From Haliotis rufescens (lineage: Eukaryota): a DNA stretch of 64,000 bases. The position numbers and the translations under genes were made by a program. The stretch covers positions 3,410,001-3,474,000 of the forward strand of contig NW_025963990.1 of the NCBI RefSeq assembly GCF_023055435.1, given 5' to 3'. The notes beneath the pieces were generated by a model. The model had not been told where the DNA came from. It was given only the letters and a program-made list of their open reading frames with translations, and made no database searches. Each line of letters starts with the position of its first letter. Position 1 is the first letter of the stretch. Positions 1 to 11,500 of the stretch are shown one piece after another.

Positions 1-93
1 GACAACAAGACAAAATAGGTCTTTGAAAGGCATTTAGAAGTGATGCCGATAAGGAAGAGAATATAAGGATGTCAACTTCTTTATTATGAGGAA

Positions 94-133
94 CACAACG
101 TTTCGGAGTATATGCTTACTCCTTCATCAGGTG
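94..133 (-). ncRNA. Minimal hammerhead ribozyme motif of the type found in Penelope-like element termini
   Basis: Minus strand reads CAC-CTGATGA-A-GGAGTA(AGCATA)TACTCC-GAAAC-GTT-GTG. This has the CUGAUGA and GAAA cores, a 6-bp stem II, a palindromic ACGU stem III, a GUU cleavage triplet and a 3-bp stem I (CAC/GTG). AATAAA follows shortly downstream. Confidence 0.7.
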
Positions 134-731
134 AATGAATGCCATGAGACAGAGAGCATATATATGTACATGTAAGGACAACAAAATTAATAAGATAACA
201 AAAGGTGGAAAGTAACAAATGGTAGAAGCTAACAAAGGAAGACAACAGATGATTGGCGCTGATAGTAGATTAGCAATAGACAACGGAAGCCAACCAAAGT
301 TATCATAGATAAGTAATTGGTAATGGACACTGGGCAAACGGGGGGGGGGGGGGGCGGGGGAGGGGGGGTAATTAGCACTGATAGGTGAAAGAATGGACAT
401 AGCAAGTGGCAAATTGAAGACAGTCAGGTAATTAGCCCAACAAAATGAAACTTATCAATTAAATAGGAGTGACGGGTGAAATGAGATATTATTACTTCCA
501 CAACATATTATTATTATCTACAAGTGGAAATGTCACGTGATGAGAGAAACAGGATATTTCAGAAATATCCATAATTTCTCCAAAATGAAAAATGAGAGTC
601 TCTTGCTCTATGCCTTAGAATTATTGCAACAGCATACATGTATATTTGAGTCGGGAATTCAGGGTTTATTCACCTTGTCAACTGACGTAATGATGTTTCA
701 AATATTAACCTTAATAAGATGTGCACAAAAT

Positions 732-997
732 GAGTGAGTGAGTTGGGTTTAACAGTATTCCAGTTATATCACGGTGTGTCAGCTTAATGTTGGAGGAAAG
801 CCCGAAGTGATGCAGGTCTCAGACGTTTACCACTTCGGTGAAATCCACGAGCACGGGTATAGTGCTGACAAACCTAGAAACATAATCGGGGCGAACAGAG
901 ATTCGAACCAACAATCATAGGTTTCTGGCGTGCCCAAGGGACGCAACTCTGCACAGCGAATCGCGGCGCCTTAGACGACTGGGCCACCAGTGCCCCC
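732..997 (-). mobile_element. tRNA-derived SINE family A (~280 bp)
   Basis: Head GGGGGCAC..GGTGGCCCAGTCGTCTAAGGCG (A box), GGTTCGAATC (B box), V-domain-like GGGCTTTCCTCC, (CACT)n tail; at least 12 copies in the window. Confidence 0.85.
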
Positions 998-1026
998 AGG
1001 TGCACATAGAATCTGTTGTACGATAC

Positions 1027-2538
1027 TTACCATTGTGTGTTGAGGTACTCACCTACATTGATGAGGGCGTTGTGCAGAACCTGAGCTGGCTTCACGTTGC
1101 TTAGAGGAGGGAATGTTGGACAGATTGTTGAAGGGACCATCGTAGTCTGTGGAGTTGTGACAGTAGGGGTAGTGGATGGAGTTGTTGTTGGCATTGTAGG
1201 TGCAGTTGTGGGCGTAGTAGTAGGTGTGGTAGTCATTGTGCTGGTTGAAGTAATGGTTGATGAAGGCGTGGTTGTCATTGTTGTGGTTGAAGTAATGGTT
1301 GATGAAGGCGTGGTTGGAGGTAAAGTTGGGAGAATATCTGATAGCCAGTAAACCAAAGTATATTTAAAATATTGAAACTATTGTAACCAAATTGTACATT
1401 TGTTTAATGTATAGGCGTGCAGATGCATAGATATAAAATTATATTGTTCACATTGATTTATGAATGTTTGGACTTTAAGGGAATAGCTGTTCCGTGATGG
1501 TGGTGTAACCTAGTTGACAAATCATTGCTTCATCACGATGGTCCAGGTTCGATTCCTCACATTGGTTGCACCCTCTTGGCATCCCCTGCTCATGCCGAGA
1601 ACGCTGCTGGTGTTGGTGTAAAAACACCCCCACTTTCCACTTCTCACAATGGTGAATTAGCATTCAAATTAACTGTGTACAAAGGGAGCAAGCATTTGTA
1701 TGTATACCTGTAGGGCAGATGACATTACAGAAGCTACTGTTGCAGCAGTTGAAGCAGGGGTCAAACATGGCGCCACCGGTGTGGTGTCTGTTTTCCTTGA
1801 ATGTCTCGCATTGCTGAAGAGGAAGCACACGCTGACTGATTTGTACGTCATCAACATGTCATATTGATGAAGAGGAAGATCATTCTTTGTTTGTTTGTTT
1901 GTTTGTTTGTTTGATTGTTGTTTAACCCTGCACTCAGCAATATTGCAGCTATATGACGTCGGTCTGTAAATAATCGACTCTGGGCCAGAAAATCCAGTGA
2001 TTGTCATCATGAGCATCGATCCACGCAATTGGGATACGATGACATGTATCAACCAGTTCAGCGAGCCTGACCACCCGATCCCGTTAGTCGCCTCTCACAA
2101 CAAGAAGCACATTCTGACTGGTTTGTACACCAGCAATATGTCACATTGCTGAATGAGAAGCGCATTCTGACTGATTTGTGCTCCAACAACATGTCACATT
2201 GCTGAAGGCGAAGCACATTCTGACTGGTGTGTACATCTTGCGTTCTGGTTTCTCTGCAAACTACCTCCAGCAAGCTTTTGCCTCTCGCATAAAATAATGT
2301 TGAAGATTTTTATTCGATCTTCAATAGTTTGGATAGGGCACCCACGAGATTACCTGGAGCTAGTTTTCACAATGATTCCCTCCTTTAAATATGATAACAC
2401 AAATACTCTCCTATCGAGTATGTATATTGTCTGATTGCGTGATTGTGTTCATCGGCACCCATGCTTTGAGTCACAAGACTGGATTGAACCATAATATACC
2501 ACTCTACTCATCCAAACTCACAGTACTTTAATAACGTT

Positions 2539-2569
<31 letters not shown>

Positions 2570-5500
2570 AAAAGGTATATATATGCACCATACCCGTGCC
2601 CGTGGGTTTCACCGAAGTGGCAAACGTCTGAGGCCTGCATCACAGCGTTAAATCCAACTCACTCCCTCACTCGATAGTGAAGCCTATATGCTAATCTGTA
2701 TATTCCCTTGACAAGATTCTTTGACGTAAATGCAATCGTTCCTCGGTCACAGCTGTGAAGTGCATGGTAATGTGTAGACATGTTTGTTGTGCTATGATCA
2801 ATAGGAACTTCTTGCTCAGCACAACTGTTCAACAGTGTCCATCGCCTTAAGCAACATCATTTACTGCATAGTTGTGGGTTCGAATCTCGGTTCGCCCCGA
2901 TGATGTTTCTAGGTTTGTCAGCACCATACTTGTCCTCGTGGGTTTCACCGAAGTGGTAAACGTCTGAGACCTGCATCATTTCGGGCTTTCCTCCCACACT
3001 AAGCTGACACGCCGTGATATAACTGGAATACTGTTTAAGAAGCTTTAACCCAACTCACTCACTCACTCTTCTGCATAGTTACAAAAACAATCAGATTGAT
3101 ACTGAAACTGACCCTCTGTCTTTCACATCCGCCGTTATAGAGAAGCTCAAACGTGTCTGTGACTCTTTCTTCGATGAAGCACACCTGTAGAGTAAGCACA
3201 GGTGAGACATAACTTTTGTTAGTGTTGAGGAACCAAAGGCAGATTACACTAGATTCCGTATAGGGATTACTTGGAGCCTTCAGTCATCAGACTATAGCAA
3301 TGGAGATGCCATAGGTTCCACGTGTTATTTCATAAACAACTTTAAAAGAAAATCAGCTTGGATCTTGTACCCCATGGTGATTGTATTGATCGTAAGCAAC
3401 ATATGCTTGTTGTAAGGTGACTTAATGGAATGGGTATTCTGATTGGGTTTTTTTTATAGCTCTTATTTACAAGTCATCGTAGAATAAGTAGGGTGTTAAA
3501 CAAGGAACAAACAGGCAAGTTACCTCGTGCGGCTGACAGACTGCTACTGTATCACAGTTGGTCATGTTCATCATGTCGACACAGGCAGCACACTTCAGCA
3601 GTTGTGTATCTGGAAATAGGAAACTTTGGAACATCAACCTTATGTTCACCAATCCACTTCCAAGCATCCATGATCATGATGTCAATTACTGGATTGTCTG
3701 GTCCAGACTCGATTATTTACAGACCTCCGTCATTTAGCTGGAATAATGCTGAGTGCTGCGTTAAACAACAAACAAACACACTTCAAAGCAGCGGGCTTCA
3801 ATCAGGCACGAACACGTATTATGTTTTCGTTATATAAAACTTGAGCAGACAAGAACACACTTATACCATGGCCTCAAGCACACAAACAGTTGGTTTGATG
3901 GTTGGTTTTTTAACGCCGCACTCAGCAATATTCCAGCTATATGACGGCGGTCTGTAAATAATAGATTCTGGACCACACAATCCACTAATTAATACCATGA
4001 GCATCGATCCACGCAATTTGGAACGATGACATGCATCAACCAAGTCAGCGAGCCTGACCACCCAATCCCGTTAGTAGCCTCTTACGACAAGCATAGTCGC
4101 CTTTTACGGCAAGCATGGGTTGCTGAAGACCTAATCTACCCCGGATCTTCTCGGGTCCAAACACACAAACAGGAGTTACAGTCACACGCTCGCCTTTTCG
4201 CGAACACCTGGTGTCATCACTACTTGATAGTGATTCATAAACACACGCTCATGATATAGTTGGATTCGTACAATCGAGTCTGTTTATGACAGAGATTTCT
4301 TTTGAATATGGAGAGGGTTTGGTAGCTTTTATTTACAGTAAACAACGGTTTTAGCGAACACGCTTATAAAGAACTGGCGGATATAACGAACTTACTTATT
4401 TGGTCCCGACTATTTGCTGTAGTTATTCTGTATATATGCTTATAACGAACAACGGTTATAACGAACTAAAATTAGTAGACCCCACGGGTTCGTTATATCC
4501 GTCAGTTCGTTAGAAGCGTGTTCGCTATAACCGTAGTTTACTGTACTGACATGGATAAGGTCCCATTAAATCCAGCCTTGATATGATAGGGTCGTATTTA
4601 TGAAGCATGCACATAAAATAACTTCAAGACATTAATCCGAGGCCAAGAAGGCTTAGCAACATACACTGTTTTAAAGCAAATGCGAAACGAACCTACAGTG
4701 GTTTTGTGAGGATTCCCTTTTAAAAGTGAATTACAGTTTGTTTTTTGTTTTTTCCCCGTTTGGTCAGTGTCTCAGTAGGTAGCTTAAAATCTTTAGAGGA
4801 AGTTGGTCAGTATCTAACTTGGTGGATTATTGTCTTTGTGTTAACCTTGGCAATACTGCAAGGTCGAGGTCAACTCACCATGGCCTCCACAGAGGTAGTT
4901 GTTGCAGAAGTCGTCTTCACAGCACTCCTCACAGACGTGGACTGCAATGTTCTGTCGCCTCCTCCTCCCAGTTTTGGGCTGACCAGTTGTCTGAGACTGT
5001 CCTGCTAGTCTCTGTTGTATCTCTGCAGCACTGACGGTGAACCCGGCCGCTGAACAGATCTGAAGATGCAAGTCTACACTGAGAAGCAAAAGAAACTACA
5101 CTTCTCAGCTGATTTTTTTCATGAGTTGTCAATTGAAAAGGTCTTAAGTCAGCGATATTTTATCCAAAAAAAGAACTGTTCTTGCGTTTTGTTAGCACTC
5201 AAAGAATAATTCTACATGGTTTCATTATTTTATTAATATCGTTTTATTTATAACTTTTAAAATTTAATAACAATTATCTCGCTTAATGTCTAGATGCTGA
5301 TGGGTATCTTAGATATCTTTGAAAAATCAATAAATTTGCTTTTTTCGGCACAAATTTACAACATTTCATCTGGTTGTAAGTTCAGTTCTTACCCCACTCT
5401 TCACTGAACTACAGTAAAATACGTTTATAACGAACACGCTTATAACGAACTGACGGGTATTTCAAACTTAATTTTGGTCCCCGCGATTTGCTGTATAGAT

Positions 5501-8500
5501 GTTGTATGTATGCTTATAACGAACTACGGTTATACGAGCTTAAATCAGTGGTCCATTTGAGTTAGTTATAACTATATAACCGTTTACTGTTAACTATTTT
5601 TATACAAAATAACCTGGCCGGAATGCAGGGTTGCAGGAATGAGTAATGCTTAAATAGTGTTATATGACAATGTAATTTGTTGATAACAATTATTATAATT
5701 GTATTACATTGTTTTGTTGAGATTCAGTGGAAATTTATTGCATTATATTTGGACAATGAGTTGTCAGGTATGTGGTACTATTTAATGTAAGCAGCGTCGA
5801 GGAAGTTATAATATTTAGATACTCGAATTATCTGTAAACTTCAAGAATAGCATGGATGGATATCAAGCGTTATAGAAGCATGTGGAATACTCTTGATGTT
5901 CGAGTGACACTGGAGTGGTCAAGCACTGTGTGGAAAGTGCTGGAGGATAGTTAGCCTATGTAAGTGGAGCGGGCTCGTGCCTGTCATCTCACATTTCATC
6001 TGACATAACATCAAGACCAGCTTTCGTGTGAAGATCACCTATCACCCCGGATTCCCAGCCGAGACTTGTCTAGAAAGCTTGACCACTGTTGTGGATAGGT
6101 GAATATTATTATCACTGAACGTTTTCCTATCACCACTGCCATCATATTTTGTATTATATACTGCCTTTGAATTGTGTACTACCACTCTATTGCATACTGT
6201 CATTGTAATTGCTGTGCAGTTATTTGTATTGATTTAACCTTGTTAAGTGTGTAATACAATTGTTGATTATATATCATTCATGTGTTGTTTGTTGGTTTCA
6301 CACTAAATTCTTTTACGTACAGATTTCTGAGTTAATATGTTGATTCAATTTAGCAATCGACACATAACAGTAGACAAATTTTAATTTTAATTTCAATTTT
6401 CAACTACATACACCATACTGGGGGTGATATGAATTGACATGGTTCCAAACTTGGGAACTCCTTTTTGCACCTGTGTGTGTAATCTTTGTCCCAGGTTTAC
6501 ATTGGTAATTTCAATCTATGATATGGTTGTACCAAATGTTATATTTGGGATAACGCGTTCTGTTATGGAAGCCTCGGTGACTGAGTGGGTAAGAGTTAGA
6601 AGCACTTTGTATGAATGACATGGCTGATTGTGTGTCATCGTGGCTCGATTCTGTTTGTTGTTGTTTTTTTCTGGCGATAGAGTTGTACTACTTCATAGTG
6701 ACCCACATTCGTAGGTGCCACAATTCGCTGTGCAGAGTTACGTCCCTTAGATAAGCCAGAAACCTATGATCTTGTTGCTTTACCCAAAACAGTATTTTAT
6801 TTGTGTTTTGAAATCAAATATAAACGTACCGGCGCTAGTTTACAGCCGAGGTCAAAGAACACAAACCCGTTAGATGTCACATACTGCTCGGACATGCATA
6901 TCTGAAGAAGAAAAAGGACATTAAATTAATTAAAGAAAACATTATCATGAGCGAGTAATACGAGTATTCGAGATGTATTTGTATGGCGTCAGTCAGTTAA
7001 TAGAAGGGTTGGGGGCACGGGTGGCCCAGCCCTCTAAGGCGCCGCGATTCGCTGTGCAGAGTTGCGTCCTTTGGTCACGCCAGAAAACCTATGATTGTGG
7101 GTTCGAATCCCCGTTCGCCCCAATTATGTTTCTAGGTTTGTCAGCATCATACCCGTGCTCGTGGGTTTCACCGAAGTGGTAAACGTCTGAGACCTGCATC
7201 ACTTCGAGCTTTCCTCCCACTTTAAGCTGAAACGCCAGGATATAACTGGAATACTGTTAAAAGTGGCGTTAAACCCAACTCACTCACTCACTCACTATAG
7301 AAGGGTTATGATGGTTACTACCTTGGTTGAGGCGCAAGCAAAACAAGATTCAGAACCACGAATTCGAGTGAGTTAAAATTACACGTCGCAACGGCATTAT
7401 TTCAGCCATATAACGACGAAAACAAGATAATATTTGCACAACCACTAATTCGAACCCAAAGGGGTCGGTTGTGATTTGGAAAAAATAGACAAAGGCAATT
7501 ATTATCATATTGTAACTTGTAACTGAAAATTGATAATAAATCTGACGAACTCTATCGCTTTACAGCTTGGTAGCTATCACCACTATGTACACAACACAGC
7601 ACTTGTCAACGTAGCTTGGTACTGTTTTGATGCCTAAAGAGGAATACAAAAAACCATTAACGTCGGAGAAAAAACAATCTGGATTATCGGCCGAAACAGA
7701 TTCTATTAGGCGTAAAAGGTAAAATAGCGATAAAAATTATATGAACGGATCACAATCTCATTAAAATCAGATCTTAGTTCTCGCTACCGCTAAACAAAGA
7801 TCTGAGGACATTCCATTACGGGTCACGTCAGACCGACCTTGTGCGAACTTTGACTGACCAATGGAATGACCAATCAGAAGGCAGCTTTCTCGTGCTTTAC
7901 GGCACAAATTTCAAATTGGCGACTACGCTTCGAAGCATATTTTGACAAATTCTCGATTACAAATTTGAAACCTGAACAAAAAACATTCTGGAATGACTAA
8001 TAGATGGTCTAGATTGTAAGGATTCAGTCGTTAAACCCGTAACTATCGTTCGGAATACCCCATGTTAAAGTTTTCGAGATTGCATGGTTAGAAGTCACAT
8101 TCCGACTGTCACTTTCATAATCTGGTAAGCGACGCACTGATTGGTCGGATGAAAGGTCGTTCTGACGTGCCCCCAAATGGGATGCCTTCAGATCTTTGAG
8201 AACTATTATAAGATCTGATTTTAATGAGATTGAATGGATCAGAAAATAAAACTTCAATTGTAACTAGTGGGGATTTAGTTGGAAATGAAAATAAACAGAT
8301 ACCATTATGCAAGGCACATTACAACATGTATAATCTGTTGTGATCAGTATATTCTGTTCTGTGTATGAACCAAGAAATATGTCGTGTATACCAGTACATA
8401 TATAGTCACATACATGTTTCGGTCAGAGAAGGAATCATGTGCAGTCATGATCACTGATACAGGATAAATAATTTAGTGTAAGAAGAATTCAAAAATTGTT

Positions 8501-11500
8501 TCGTATAAGAAGATTGAACGTAGCTTTAGTGTCATGAGTAGGTATAATGTAAGGTTTTAAAATAAAAGCAACAAAACCCTTTCCATATTCATAAGAAATC
8601 TCCGTCATAACCACATACAAAGGCAAGTCAATTGTTCACCTTCAAAATCACGGGAACATATGGCACATGTCAAGATCGGGAATTGCATTGGACATCATTT
8701 TTGTCTGGTGCGTCAAATTTGGAAACATCCTCAACATTTCTACCATAAAACTTTTTGAAAGTTTCACTTAGGCCTTGAATGTTGTAACCGTTATCAAACA
8801 GCTTCTGAGCAAGAGTTGTGAAAAGTTGACATGGCTCGTGCTGCAGGAATATTGCTCGACATATAGGGAAAGTTGACTATTGGAATGTCATCCTTCTTGT
8901 CATTAAGTCTTAAGTGGGGAGCGTTTTGTCACTCTGAATATTTAGGCATAGATCTAAATATGAAACAGATGAAGCGGTCTCACCGGCATCCTTGATTTCT
9001 GGTGCAGGTGGGTAAATCAGTGGAAGGGAACTTGCTGTTTCATGGTTATTGAACGTATCAGATCATCGATATACTGAAGCTTAAGTTAAACTTCTTGGCC
9101 AAATTACCTTGTTTACTTTTTTTCAATCCGAGCAAACATTCCGATTCATATGCATAAAAAAACAGATCCACAAGAAGGGGAGCACAATTAGTGCCCATTG
9201 CGATGCCTACTACAGTAAAGTACGTTTATAATGAACACGCTTATAACGAACTGACGGATATAACGAACTGATTTTTTTGTCCCGAATATTTGCTATAGTT
9301 ATGCTGTATATATGCTTATAACGAACTACGGTTATAACAAACTAAAGTTACTGGTCCCTTTGAGTTCGTTATAACCGTAGTTTACTGTACTTATCTAAAT
9401 GTCTTACCCCCAAAGTTTAATTATGTAATTCACAAAAATACAGTATGTATAAGTTAGACTGAGAGGTTATTATGTAACGTATGTACAGTATCCATTATCT
9501 GGTATGAAAATATATTATGTAGCGCATCTATAGTCACTATAATAATATGCATGATCAGGGAATGATAAAAAACAAATTTCAGAATGTATGGGGTAATACA
9601 AAAATCCATAGATTATCAGATATAGAAAAACAAATTTAGGAAGAGGAAAATATAATGTGTAAAAAGATGTCATAGCCTATATGTTTGTCTGTCACTAATA
9701 TAATATGCGAGGTCTTCTTTGAGAAAAAGAAAGTATTAAGTAGTGCATGCATAGTACATACTATAATACGCATAACCTGGTATGAAACTATCGTGTGGTA
9801 TTATATAAAGGTGATGTTAGAGAGTGCATGTAATTGATAAAAGAAAGCTTTTCAGATGTTTGTCACAATGTGTAAAGGACGTATGTTTGTACCATCATTG
9901 TAGCTTGATTGGTTGGTTGGTTTGTTTGTTGTTTAACGCCTCACTCAGCAATATTCAGCTATATGACGGCGGTCTGTAAATAATCGAGTCTGGACCAGAC
10001 AATCCAGTGATTAATATCATGAGCATCTATCCACGCAATTTGGATTGATGACATGCATCAACCAAGTCAGCGAGCCTGACCACCCTATCCCGTTAGTCGC
10101 CTTTTACGACAAGCATAGTCACCTTTTACGGCAAGCATGGGTTGCTGAAGACCTATTTTACCCCGGATCTTCACGGGTCCATTGAAGCTTGAGCCTGCAT
10201 TGGTCTTACCTCGCCAGGAGAACACAGCACACTTGTTAAACAGTCGTCAGGGCGTGCAACTCGTTCGCACTTCAAACAATGAACTTGGGTCGATGGTGCT
10301 GTGAGGAGTAACAACATGAAAACCTATTTTAAAACGATTTCCTAAAAAATTTGTTTGGTTGGTTGGGAAATGTATTTGTGTGTTTCAGTGAGTGAGTATG
10401 GTTTTACGCCGTTTCTAGCAATATTCCAGCAATATCACGGCGGGGGACACCAGAAATTGGCTTCACACATTGTAGGGAATCGAACCCATGCATTCGGTGT
10501 GACGAGCGAACGCTTTAACCGCAACCTTGCAATTACTCGAGTCTAGTTTGGATGGGCTGACTAGAAATGTGTCATCTTGAAAACAACAATGAAATGGTTT
10601 CATGTTCAACCAATCAATATTCGTTCAGGGTCTCCCTTGTTATAAAACCAAAGCTTGGACCACGCCCTTGTATATTTTCAGCGTTTGACTTCGAACATAC
10701 ATCAAGGTATAGGACATTTATTCAAATAAATTTGTCACAACAACTAATCATACTTAATGTTTTAAAGACAGGTTCCGGTGTATTGCATGACTTCCTGTGA
10801 AACGGTAAACGTCAGATGTGTAGAATGATAAAGGACTCAATGTTCCGTTACATAAAGCTTGTTGTGATTCACTTACCATATAAAATAAAGATATCACTTG
10901 TGCCAGAATCCCTGAATCTCTTTTTATTGAGACATCATTATGTCTGTTGCTTAACGTCACACTCAGCAATATTTCAGCTGTATAGCGGCAATTTGTACAT
11001 AATCGAGTATGGACCAGACAATCCAATGATTGACTTCATGAGCATCGATCGGCAATGACATCCATCAACCAAGTCAGCAAGCCTGACCACCCGATCCCAT
11101 CAGTCGCATGTGTTGCTGAAGACCAATTCTAACCCGAAGCTTCACGGGTATGCCATAATGAAGATATAGGTATGAGAAGATACGTCTTAAGAGGAAGGAT
11201 ACAGTAAGAACTGGAACTCACCTGTCGTGTTTGTAAGTTGAGCGACACCATGATGGACACAGCTGAAGAGGCCCACTAACGCTAGAAGAAGACATTTTAC
11301 AAAGATGATGATGATGATGATGATGATTTTGACATATTGATGATGATGGTGCTGCTGCTGCTGATGATGATAATGATGACAAATATTGATGATGATAGTG
11401 CTGCTGCTGCTGATGATGATGATGATGGTGCTGCTGCTGATGATGATGATCATGACTTATTTAATGCATTATTTAATATCCTCAAGTATTTCCTATTGAA

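Noticed and set aside
1097-1351. Val/Gly-rich plus-strand ORF
   Set aside because: Antisense shadow of the Thr/Pro-rich exon
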